DNA of 63,022 nucleotides, filler included, from an uncultured Methanosarcinales archaeon (GTDB lineage Archaea > Nanobdellota > Nanobdellia > Woesearchaeales > CAZPJY01): the NCBI GenBank assembly GCA_964587045.1. It is 3 parts of 3 records of this genome, joined end to end, with 100 filler letters (N's around TTAATTAATTAA, not from the genome) between each part and the next. Parts side by side here need not be neighbours in the genome. Positions count along the whole stretch, not along the records: positions 1 to 29,493 come from CAZPJY010000023.1; positions 29,594 to 58,732 come from CAZPJY010000024.1; 1 more part is not named here. One strand, written 5' to 3'. The notes beneath the pieces were generated by a model, which did no database searches, was not told where the DNA came from, and saw only the letters and a program-made list of their open reading frames with translations. Shown piece after piece: positions 28,176 to 36,623 of this stretch. The translations under genes were made by a program, and so were the position numbers. Numbering within the stretch: position 1 is the first letter of the stretch; every line of letters begins with the position of its first letter.

Positions 28176-29493
28176 CACCCATTAATATTGATATTATCTT
28201 ATCCCTTCCATCAAGAACATCTTGTCGTCCCAGTATGAATTCGTCTGCTAATTCCGCGATTTCCTGTTTGATGGAGTTTGATATGGATGGGCTGTTTAGG
28301 ATGTCTTCCATATTGGCCTGTTTTGTAACCTTGTATCCCCTGACCTCCCCTGCTTGGAATTTTACGAGTTCTCTATTGTCTAACCGGGCGATGACAGCTT
28401 TGCCCCCATCTTCAACCTGCTTTATGGTGCCGAAGCTGTCCTTTTTCACGAAATTGGCATAATATCCGTGTTCACACTCGCTTTCATACCTGAAATGGTC
28501 CCCTCTTGGTCCCTTAACCTTTATCCTGTCACCTTTCTTCAGGCAGAATACCGGAGCCCAATGCAGGTTCAGCAATTTATTGTATTCGGAAGAATCGATT
28601 ATTTTTCTTTGTATTATGTCAGTCATAATTTTTTCTTCGAACGATGCCAATTCATCCTTTCCCAACACCCTGATTACAGTCTCATAGTACTTTTCAGGGT
28701 TGAATTTGATAGTGCCGCTGATGAGACTATTTACGAAATCTCTGACACTCATTGGATCGTTTTCGAAGGGGTCAACGAAGCTCGGAAAAATATTATCATA
28801 GCACTCGTACGAATCCCAATTGACATATTTAATGATATGTGGGTGACACAGCATTTTCACCCTGATATTTGCGCGTGTGTCCTTAGGAGGCTCTTGCACT
28901 GCGTGCTCTATCATCTCGTCTGTTACCAGCCGCTCGACCTTGCCCTGTTTTTGCAGCGCATAGAACAGGCCCCTTTTGCGGTCGGTGTCGTGGTATTGCA
29001 AGTCGATGTTCCTGAGGATCGGGTCGGACATATTGAGGTTGTGGCTTTCGGCGTACTGGTCGATCAGGGCCTTCTTGGTGATCCAGTCAACGCGTCCGAC
29101 GAGCTCTGACTGGTCTTGGTCGAGCTTGTCCAAGGTGTCTTGCCAAAGTTTCAGTATCACATCTGTTATTTCATCACGCCCTTCATACCTCCTCGCTTCT
29201 TTTAGGTAAGCGCGCTGGACATCGGTCGCCTTGCGTCTAGTGATCCGGCAACCCTTACTTGCCGAATTGAAATAGACCAACCAGTCTTTAGCTTGTTTTG
29301 AGATGCGCTTTAGGTCTAGTATTACCTGCATTTGGTTATAGTAGAAATACCTTCCGTCGCTGAAGGGCAATGATTTGTCCTCTATCAGGTCCATTACCAG
29401 ACCTGTGGTCCCGAGCTTCAGGAACTCAGCGACCTCTGACATGTTGGCATCTCCTAATAGTAGATGATGCCTTCTAAAGTTCACGACTTCATA
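28162..29493 (-). CDS. PafA/Dop-family protein, copy B, 5' part lost at contig end, with C-terminal extension
   Basis: RRHHLLLGDANMSEVAEFLKLGTT, VDWITK, DLQYHD, PPKDTRA, VNWD, VDPF; frame open up to the gap. Confidence 0.88.
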   Translation of the reverse strand, partial: YEVVNFRRHHLLLGDANMSEVAEFLKLGTTGLVMDLIEDKSLPFSDGRYFYYNQMQVILDLKRISKQAKDWLVYFNSASKGCRITRRKATDVQRAYLKEARRYEGRDEITDVILKLWQDTLDKLDQDQSELVGRVDWITKKALIDQYAESHNLNMSDPILRNIDLQYHDTDRKRGLFYALQKQGKVERLVTDEMIEHAVQEPPKDTRANIRVKMLCHPHIIKYVNWDSYECYDNIFPSFVDPFENDPMSVRDFVNSLISGTIKFNPEKYYETVIRVLGKDELASFEEKIMTDIIQRKIIDSSEYNKLLNLHWAPVFCLKKGDRIKVKGPRGDHFRYESECEHGYYANFVKKDSFGTIKQVEDGGKAVIARLDNRELVKFQAGEVRGYKVTKQANMEDILNSPSISNSIKQEIAELADEFILGRQDVLDGRDKIISILMGDASA

Positions 29494-29593
29494 NNNNNNN
29501 NNNNNNNNNNNNNNNNNNNNNNNNNNNNNNNNNNNNNTTAATTAATTAANNNNNNNNNNNNNNNNNNNNNNNNNNNNNNNNNNNNNNNNNNNN
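29494..29593. other. Artificial contig linker
   Basis: 100 nt of N with central TTAATTAATTAA (stops in all six frames). Confidence 0.97.
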
Positions 29594-29594
29594 G

Positions 29595-30119
29595 AAAAGA
29601 CAGAAGCTTCCTCATGTACTATCAAAAAAGGACATATTGGCCATGATTGGTTCGACAACGAATGTGAAGCACAAAATCATCGTTGAACTGCTATACTCGA
29701 CAGGGATCAGATTGCAGGAGCTAGTCAACCTGCGTTATGAGGATATAGATTGGGAAAGCAGGACAATCCATGTCAAGAATGGTAAAGGACACAAAGACCG
29801 AATAAGCATTGTAAGTCAGAGAGTCCTGTCCAGACTTGATTCCCGAGGCAAAGGCCTTGTGCTGCAGGGTAGGAAGGGTAAATACAGCAAGAAATCGGTT
29901 CAGATGGTTGTCGATAAACTGGCCCAGAAAGCAGGAATTCGACGTAAAGTGACACCTCACCTCCTTCGTCACTCATTCGCAACACATTTATTGGAGAAAG
30001 GCACTGATCTTCGATATATCCAGGCATTACTAGGCCACAGAAGGCTTGAAACAACCCAGATATATACAAGAGTAGCAAAGAACAAGCTCAGCAATATTGA
30101 AAATCCTCTGGATGGATAG
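29595..30119 (+). CDS. Tyrosine recombinase (XerA/XerD-like), 5' partial
   Basis: KLPHVLS, YSTGIR, GKGHKDR, HLLRHSFATH, LLGH, TTQIY, ends NPLDG. Confidence 0.93.
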   Translation, partial: KRQKLPHVLSKKDILAMIGSTTNVKHKIIVELLYSTGIRLQELVNLRYEDIDWESRTIHVKNGKGHKDRISIVSQRVLSRLDSRGKGLVLQGRKGKYSKKSVQMVVDKLAQKAGIRRKVTPHLLRHSFATHLLEKGTDLRYIQALLGHRRLETTQIYTRVAKNKLSNIENPLDG

Positions 30120-30300
30120 CAAAGCATAATAATACCTCTGCTATCCTAACCGCCAGCACGCCAGAAATCCCACAAATTGCTCCCAAAAAGCAACACGCCG
30201 ACGCGGGGCTATATAGCGGAGCATCAGGACGAACTCAATGCTTATCATCGCAATTTCTTCACTCCCAATACCCCATGGTTGATTATGAGCAAACTGCAGG

Positions 30301-31908
30301 CTAGTCTTTGGGCCTAAAGAGAGGCATAAGATACGCTACGACTGCTGCCAGTATACTTGCTACCAGCGTCAGTGTAAAGGCGCTCTTCGAGGCAGAAACG
30401 ATTGCTGAATTAACGTCAGAGCGAATAGCAGAGGTTATATCCTGGCTTAGTGGGAGGTTGGGAGTAACATCGCCGCTCTCGATATCAATATTTTCGAGTG
30501 CATTAATGATTTTTGACTTCATGGAGTCTGGTATCTTCGGATCCATCTGCACATTCTTCTGGATGCTCGTATGAAGTGTGCTTGCAAGTATTGCTCCGAC
30601 CAGCGCTATGCCCAGCGCAAATCCGATTTGTCTGATAGTGATGCTTGTGGCCGATGCCTCGCCTGCAACTTCTTTTGGTGCTGAAGAGATGATGACATTG
30701 TTCAGTTGTGAGAATCCCAACCCGAAACCGGTCCCAAAAACTAAAAGGGCAGGCAGCAAAGACAAAACGGTCGCTGAAACTGATATCGTGAGGATTAAGA
30801 TGCTGATACCCACTATAAGTATGGTGATACCCGATGCAATGATCCATTTAACATTTATTTTAGACGCTAAAAATCCTGAGATAGTACCGAAAATGAAAAG
30901 ACTTATCGATATAGGCAAGAGCGCAACTCCCACCTTAAGGGCCGACAAGCCCAACACGTTTTCGAAGTATATCGGAAGGATAAGAAAAGTTCCGAACTGC
31001 CCGAGCGCCAAAATCCCCAAAAGGATAAGTCCCATGGTGAATCCTCTGGACCTGAATATTTCCACTCTCAGTAAGGGGCAGCCCTTCTTCTCAAACCACC
31101 TCTCATACCTGACAAACGCATAAAGAATCGACAAGGATAAGAGGAATATTACAGGTATGACTGATATGTTAAAAGGCCAGAATGCCAGATTGGTGCTCGG
31201 CCTCCACCAGCCTAAAGCACCCCCTTCAATGAAGCCGAAGACGAGAAGGAGCAGGCTTGAGCTCGAGAGAAGCATCCCGACCCAGTCAAAGCACTTCGAT
31301 TCCTGCTTTTTTGATTCCATAATGAATATTGATCCGATGATCGCCAGTAATCCGACGACAATATTTATCCTCAGAGACCACCTCCAGGAAAAGTAGGTGG
31401 TAAGATATCCGCCAAGCAACGGGCCTATGGCCGCAGAGGCTCCTGCCACGCTACCCCATATGCCAAAAGCCACAGCCCTCTCATTCCCCGAGAAGGTGAA
31501 GGCAAGAAGAGAAAGTGCTGACGTCAGGGTTATGGCCGCGCCTATTGCCTGGATCAGGGCTCGCCCGATGAGAAGCGATATTGCCCCATTGGACTCGGAT
31601 GCAATAAATGAACCTATAACAAAAACAATAATGCCCAACAGGAACATCCTCTTGTACCCGAACATATCCCCCAGCCTCCCGACTGTTATCAGAACAGCTG
31701 CAATTGTTAGCGAGTACCCAGAGATTGCCCATTGAATCGAGCTAAAATTGATGTGCAGGTCGCGCAGTATGTAGGGTATTGAGACATTCAGTACGGTATT
31801 GTCAATAATTACGATGGCAAGCCCGAGTGCTATGAATATCAGGGCGAACCATCTGTATTTAGGAATAGCGTATTTACTTAAGATTTGCATCTGCTGAAAC
31901 AATTTCAT
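30301..31908 (-). CDS. 14-TM MFS efflux transporter (DHA2, EmrB/QacA)
   Basis: IDNTVLNVSIP, GRLGDMFGYKR, IGPLLGG.LT..FSWRW, FDWVG. Confidence 0.92.
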   Translation of the reverse strand: MKLFQQMQILSKYAIPKYRWFALIFIALGLAIVIIDNTVLNVSIPYILRDLHINFSSIQWAISGYSLTIAAVLITVGRLGDMFGYKRMFLLGIIVFVIGSFIASESNGAISLLIGRALIQAIGAAITLTSALSLLAFTFSGNERAVAFGIWGSVAGASAAIGPLLGGYLTTYFSWRWSLRINIVVGLLAIIGSIFIMESKKQESKCFDWVGMLLSSSSLLLLVFGFIEGGALGWWRPSTNLAFWPFNISVIPVIFLLSLSILYAFVRYERWFEKKGCPLLRVEIFRSRGFTMGLILLGILALGQFGTFLILPIYFENVLGLSALKVGVALLPISISLFIFGTISGFLASKINVKWIIASGITILIVGISILILTISVSATVLSLLPALLVFGTGFGLGFSQLNNVIISSAPKEVAGEASATSITIRQIGFALGIALVGAILASTLHTSIQKNVQMDPKIPDSMKSKIINALENIDIESGDVTPNLPLSQDITSAIRSDVNSAIVSASKSAFTLTLVASILAAVVAYLMPLFRPKD

Positions 31909-32054
31909 GGGCAATATAAACTTATTGTTTAATTTCCTGCCTAAAGTTTGCACGAATTTTCAATTTTACCAAGTATAGCGTCGATTTGCTACGCAAGATG
32001 GCAAGAATTACCAATCAAAAGCCTTATATACAACCAGAAAGCAACGACCTCAAA

Positions 32055-32405
32055 ATGGAACGGTCTGAGGCATTAAAATTAATCCAAGACAATTTAGAAG
32101 ATGTGGTTGATTACTTGGAAGTATTAAGGTCAACACTTGAACCTGAATTTCAGAAGAGGAATTATAGAGTTTTTGATGTCGGGGTTGACATAATCGAAAC
32201 ATCTGCCAGAGGCCATATTGATTACGCTATTAAGGTGTACAATAGCAGCGGTGATTCATCTGCTCATGATGTCGTAGAGGCTGTCCGGGCAGTAGAACCC
32301 AGATATACCAGGGTAATTGGGGTGGTTTCAAGAGCAACTCCTTATCCCTTAGATTCGCTTATAGGTCTTGAATTACTGAAAGACATGAGGCAATCAAGAG
32401 GTTAG
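32055..32405 (+). CDS. Hypothetical protein
   Basis: AT-rich ORF with CTTATATA about 25 nt upstream. Confidence 0.6.
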   Translation: MERSEALKLIQDNLEDVVDYLEVLRSTLEPEFQKRNYRVFDVGVDIIETSARGHIDYAIKVYNSSGDSSAHDVVEAVRAVEPRYTRVIGVVSRATPYPLDSLIGLELLKDMRQSRG

Positions 32406-32494
32406 CTTCGTATTCTACTGGGAGCGTCACAGACGTTAGCCAAATTCAGAAAAAGCGATAGTTATTTTAAAAAAGGGAAAATTCTGCCTGAAAA

Positions 32495-33061
32495 GTGGAA
32501 TTCACCCAAGCATTTGTATCTGGCGCAAGAGAATGCGAGGATTTCTTAGAAGCAGTGGATATCATAAAAGGGAACTCTTCTGGAAAAGCTTGGCTTGTCG
32601 GTGGATTTGTCTATAGAACGATAGCAAGTCAGTTGTATGGTTTGTCAAATCCCATAGTTGATTTTGACTTTATCATTCAAGACTCGATTAATGATTTCAA
32701 TCTACCTCCTGGTTGGAGGGTTATAATAAATGCATATGGCAATCCCAAATTTGTAAACGGCAAAAAGAAAATTGATTATGTTCCTTTAAGCAGTGTTTAC
32801 TCAATTCTCCGACGACAGGTCGAACCAACAATTGAGAACTATCTGACAGGCGTCCCATTGACTATCCAATCCATTGCCTATGATGTTGATGAGGAGAAAG
32901 TCATTGGCGAAATAGGGATCAACGCCGTGCAAAAAAGAGTCGTCGGGGTCAATAACCTTCCGCTTGCTGAATACGCTGCGAAAAGGAAAAACAAGTCCCT
33001 CAGAGCAATGATACAAGAGAAAGCGGACGGATTAGGCTTTACGCCAATATTTCCTGCTTGA
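32495..33061 (+). CDS. Stand-alone nucleotidyltransferase (class II CCA/poly(A) polymerase head-like)
   Basis: AWLVGGFV, DFDF, IDY, LTIQSIAYD. Confidence 0.68.
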   Translation: MEFTQAFVSGARECEDFLEAVDIIKGNSSGKAWLVGGFVYRTIASQLYGLSNPIVDFDFIIQDSINDFNLPPGWRVIINAYGNPKFVNGKKKIDYVPLSSVYSILRRQVEPTIENYLTGVPLTIQSIAYDVDEEKVIGEIGINAVQKRVVGVNNLPLAEYAAKRKNKSLRAMIQEKADGLGFTPIFPA

Positions 33062-33077
33062 GAATCATTCTCTGCGG

Positions 33078-33542
33078 TCACTTCCAGATCCCAAGCAACT
33101 TCCTCATGAGGATGAAAGCTCCCAGGTGGTACGCCATATGGTCAGCGGCGACCAGTATCTCCCGCAACACGGTCTGCCCGTCGCCCCATTCGATCTCCCG
33201 GAACAGGTCATCTGTTTTCGCTATCTTGATCAACTCATCGCGGTCCGCTATTATCTGCTTTATCGTCGCGTTCCAGTCCTTCTCATCCCCGTCCCGCTTT
33301 GGCCAGTAATCATCCGGCCAGGACTTCTCCTCATAGTCCTTGTCCTTGATGAACTGGAGTATGTCTTCCTGGGTCAACCTGATATGCTCCAAAAGGTGCC
33401 AGAAGGAGTAATCAATCTCGAGAGGCTTCTCGTTCATCCGTTCCTTTGGAAACCCGCCCACCGCGTCATCTATCATCGCATGGGCCTGTCTCTTCGACAG
33501 AAGGTTCACAAGGTTCTTGCGCAAAGCTTCGCTGTCTTCCAT
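33078..33542 (-). CDS. DinB-family protein
   Basis: SFWHLLEHIR, W..DYWP, LREILVAADHMAYHLG. Confidence 0.88.
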   Translation of the reverse strand: MEDSEALRKNLVNLLSKRQAHAMIDDAVGGFPKERMNEKPLEIDYSFWHLLEHIRLTQEDILQFIKDKDYEEKSWPDDYWPKRDGDEKDWNATIKQIIADRDELIKIAKTDDLFREIEWGDGQTVLREILVAADHMAYHLGAFILMRKLLGIWK

Positions 33543-33603
33543 TAATAGTTGGAAAGCATGCAAAAATAAAAAACTTGTGCAACACCGTACCTGAAGGCAC
33601 TTC

Positions 33604-33768
33604 TTATTTCTCAGATATCAGCGCAGTTATTATCAGTCCCAGACCCAGGCCGCCAAGCAGGCTTCCGATGAATGCGAAAACTGAAACCTTCAGGAAGAAG
33701 AATCCGACCCCAAGGCCCAGCAGCAAGCCCCCGCCAGTTGCCCACGTGCTCTTGTCATTCTTTGCCAT
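33604..33768 (-). CDS. Small Gly-rich 2-TM protein
   Basis: DKSTWATGGGLLLGLGVGFF. Confidence 0.65.
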   Translation of the reverse strand: MAKNDKSTWATGGGLLLGLGVGFFFLKVSVFAFIGSLLGGLGLGLIITALISEK

Positions 33769-33915
33769 GTTGAATACATATCTATGGCTTTTATAAAAAA
33801 GTTGCTTTTTCAAGGAGAAGCGACCGTGGCTCCCGGCAGATATCCCAAGAAGACCGAACTATCCAAGCATTGTCCAGAATCCAATCATCAGGCCAGGATG
33901 TAAAATAACTAAATG

Positions 33916-34320
33916 TCATTTCGGCTGGATCACCCGCATGAGCACGCCGCCAAGAAGGCTCACCACCGCGATGACCACGATGTGCACCAGGAAGAAGACC
34001 CATCCGAAGAAGCTCAGCTCAAGCACAACCCGAAAAGGCCCCATGAGCGCCTGCGCTGTCAGGAATGAGACTGCCAGAGGATTTTTAAGACCCTTTTCTT
34101 TCAGCTGTTTCAGGACGGGCAGGTATCCCATTATAGGCCCGGGCATGGCGATCCCCACAGCAGTCGCCCCGGCAAGGCCAGAGCCGCCGCTTCGGATCCC
34201 CCTGAGGTATTCCTCGTCCAGGAACATTCTCACCACCTGAGATAGCAATAAGGCGCCGATGAGTATGGGGAGGAATCTCACGAATTCCGTTAGGCTTTCC
34301 AGGAGGAGCGTCTCTATCAT
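33916..34320 (-). CDS. Permease half-subunit (ArsP/DUF318-like)
   Basis: Hydrophobic; P.L...G....AVSFL pattern. Confidence 0.55.
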   Translation of the reverse strand: MIETLLLESLTEFVRFLPILIGALLLSQVVRMFLDEEYLRGIRSGGSGLAGATAVGIAMPGPIMGYLPVLKQLKEKGLKNPLAVSFLTAQALMGPFRVVLELSFFGWVFFLVHIVVIAVVSLLGGVLMRVIQPK

Positions 34321-34739
34321 AGCAGGACCTCCATGAGGAAGCCGCCCAGTGTGACCACGACGATGCTTATCAGAATCCGCGCCTTGGCGAATCTCCAGCC
34401 AAGAAACTTCGCCTCTGTGATGTTCCTTATCAAATCCCCTACCGCCTCCCCGCTGAGGAGGACGAACACAACGCCGTACCCGGCACCGAGTCCGAATAGC
34501 GCAGCTGCTATCGGATAATCGATATACCTCGGCAGCGGTATGATTGACAATATCACCGCCAAGGCTGGTATGGCTATGAGCCAGTTGTCCTGAAAGAGGG
34601 TTTGCAGGACTCCTGGGTCGGCGTACTGCTGAATCAGTCTTGAGGCAAGGATGGCGAGGTAGAACAACGGGAAAAGGATGGCACCCTCCCTGAGCAGCCC
34701 CTTAAAGGCAGCATACGTCCCTACAGAATTTTTCATCAC
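34317..34739 (-). CDS. Permease half-subunit (ArsP/DUF318-like)
   Basis: Hydrophobic; PIAAAL..LGAGYG; coupled to neighbours. Confidence 0.55.
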   Translation of the reverse strand: MMKNSVGTYAAFKGLLREGAILFPLFYLAILASRLIQQYADPGVLQTLFQDNWLIAIPALAVILSIIPLPRYIDYPIAAALFGLGAGYGVVFVLLSGEAVGDLIRNITEAKFLGWRFAKARILISIVVVTLGGFLMEVLL

Positions 34740-35155
34740 AATTGTAGTATCACCAGGTTGGTGTAGCCCTGCTTCTTCTTCTCGACGACGCCCCTCTGCT
34801 CCAACGTTGAGATCACCCTTGATATCTTGACCGGGCTGAGGCCTGACAAGGTCGTAAGCCGCTTTTGCTCTATCTCCTTCCTATCGAACAGGATCTTGAG
34901 CACTTTGCGCTCGTCGTTTGGAAGAATTGACAGTATCTTGCCATTGGCTGATTTGCTGAACCTTTCCTGGAAGAGGTAGACAACGAAGCCCCCGACCACA
35001 AGGGATAGTATCGTCGCGCCGTACAGGAAAAGAGGGTACTGTATGAAGGCACCCCCCATATGCATCGAGTGATAGATCGAGAAGATGGTGATGAGCAATC
35101 CCAGCAGGACCACCAGGCCTGAGGACACGATAATCTTATTAGCAGATAGCTCCAT
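34736..35155 (-). CDS. Membrane-tethered wHTH (MarR-like) regulator
   Basis: Two TMs, then LPNDERKVL, KISRVISTLEQRGVVEKKKQGYTN. Confidence 0.8.
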   Translation of the reverse strand: MELSANKIIVSSGLVVLLGLLITIFSIYHSMHMGGAFIQYPLFLYGATILSLVVGGFVVYLFQERFSKSANGKILSILPNDERKVLKILFDRKEIEQKRLTTLSGLSPVKISRVISTLEQRGVVEKKKQGYTNLVILQL

Positions 35156-35177
35156 CTTATGAAGAAAAATAAAAGAA

Positions 35178-35558
35178 CTATTTATAGATTTCCGGATGGT
35201 GGCTCATATGAAGCTCCCATGCGGCATCGCTCAGCCCCTCAGGCTTCTCGCTCGGGAAATCTCCGGCCGTCATCCACTGATGCATCATCTGGAACTCATC
35301 CAAGGAGATGTCACCTTCCTCGACCAGCTCATGCATCGGACACTCGAAATCAAGCCTCTGGTGGTAGGCTTCTGCTGTCTCGAAATCGCCGGAAAACATC
35401 GCATCGTGCATCTCCTCAAAATCACCCTCATCCATCATGGCCTCGTGCAAATCGCGCATGCTGTAGTAGCTGCTCGCGCTAACCAAGATAACCGCAAGCA
35501 GCAGCGCTCCCAGAATCCCGACCAAAATCTTGTTGTTCGTGTTCATATTGATATTCAC
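35178..35558 (-). CDS. Exported His/Met-rich putative metal-binding protein
   Basis: Signal anchor; LHEAMM, MHDAM, CPMH, MMHQWM, LHMSHH. Confidence 0.7.
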   Translation of the reverse strand: MNINMNTNNKILVGILGALLLAVILVSASSYYSMRDLHEAMMDEGDFEEMHDAMFSGDFETAEAYHQRLDFECPMHELVEEGDISLDEFQMMHQWMTAGDFPSEKPEGLSDAAWELHMSHHPEIYK

Positions 35559-35568
35559 CCCAAGTGTT

Positions 35569-35615
35569 TTTGATTTCAGAAGATGAAATGAAGCATAAGC
35601 CTTGCTGAAATCAAA
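35569..35615. promoter_or_regulatory. 11-bp inverted repeat, putative operator
   Basis: TTTGATTTCAG-N25-CTGAAATCAAA directly upstream of 35558. Confidence 0.55.
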
Positions 35616-35636
35616 TAGTCAAAGAAGGGATGGTAT

Positions 35637-36044
35637 TCATTTCTTAATAAAAGTCTCAAGGCAGAGGATGTCCTTCCCCTGCAAAGCTATGGCCAAGGTC
35701 GCGAAGGCGAGCCCGAAGTCCCGGACCCCAATCTCCGTGAAACCGATGCTCATGGTGATGCCCAGCAGATGGAGCCCAAGAAGCAAAGACGCTATGCGGG
35801 TGTAGATTCCGATCAGGAGTGCGCTGCCTGCGATGACCTCAAAGGCACCGTTCAGGACTACCAAAGTCCTCGCCTGCACGGGGATGAAGGCAGTCCATGC
35901 TGGGAGCCATCCCGTGAAGGTCTCAGGCCTGATTAGCTGGGAGATGCCGAAGTAGAGGAAGACCAGCGACAAGGCTATCCTGACTACGGCTGGCGCGTAC
36001 TTCCTCATTCCGCTTCTGATCTCAGTCATTGTTGATAACCTCAT
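35637..36044 (-). CDS. DoxX-family membrane protein
   Basis: RIALSLVFLYFG, FEVIAG.ALL.G..TR, RDFGL. Confidence 0.85.
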   Translation of the reverse strand: MRLSTMTEIRSGMRKYAPAVVRIALSLVFLYFGISQLIRPETFTGWLPAWTAFIPVQARTLVVLNGAFEVIAGSALLIGIYTRIASLLLGLHLLGITMSIGFTEIGVRDFGLAFATLAIALQGKDILCLETFIKK

Positions 36045-36412
36045 GAACTCAAGCTCCCAACAAGGAAATTCTGCAGGAGCTTGTGGGCGAAAGCTGAGTG
36101 CACTCCAGTTCCCCCTTTGGTCTCGAACGCAGTGGTCGCATCCTTTCCGCAGTAACTTATTATCCTGTTCGGGCCGCCAGGATGTATTGAAATGTAAGTT
36201 GTGACATCATAGATGTTTCCGTCGATCACCAGCCAGCAGCTGTCCTGAGTGCTGTGGGCCGCAACATCCTGGAGGGTGAAGCTTTGCTGGCTCAATGCCT
36301 GGTCGGCTCCTTGCTGCGTCGGCGAGGAAATCACATTGTAGGCGATAATACCTACGACCAGCACTATAAATCCCAGGATCATTGGAGGAATTGACTTGGA
36401 GTTGAATCTCAT
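36041..36412 (-). CDS. Membrane-anchored cytochrome b5-like protein
   Basis: VAAH...SCWLVIDG.IYDVT, HPGG, CGKDAT, HS. Confidence 0.9.
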   Translation of the reverse strand: MRFNSKSIPPMILGFIVLVVGIIAYNVISSPTQQGADQALSQQSFTLQDVAAHSTQDSCWLVIDGNIYDVTTYISIHPGGPNRIISYCGKDATTAFETKGGTGVHSAFAHKLLQNFLVGSLSS

Positions 36413-36623
36413 CCCACTTCGAATGCACGGCCTCATATATAAGCGTTAGGGAGTTATGCCCTTATCGGGAAGTAGTTGAACTTGTACTCATGACCCCCTT
36501 GGGAAATGGCGCTTCATCTTCTGTAGGAAAGATCGAAGGCGCAGCCCTCGATGTCGAACTCGAAGTCGCTCCCGCCGAGGGTGATGTCTTCAAACACCCC
36601 TTTTGGGTCGGCGAAGACGGCCC

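Noticed and set aside
29538..29549. TTAATTAATTAA palindrome (also 58777-58788)
   Set aside because: Synthetic six-frame stop spacer
28162..30119. Ligase operon carried by the adjacent integrase
   Set aside because: Separated by an artificial linker, so adjacency is unsupported
30120..30300. tRNA, dif site or ncRNA after the recombinase
   Set aside because: No cloverleaf or convincing 11-6-11 inverted repeat found by eye
36514..36516. TGA recoding or alternative genetic code
   Set aside because: TGA terminates many clear genes in this window
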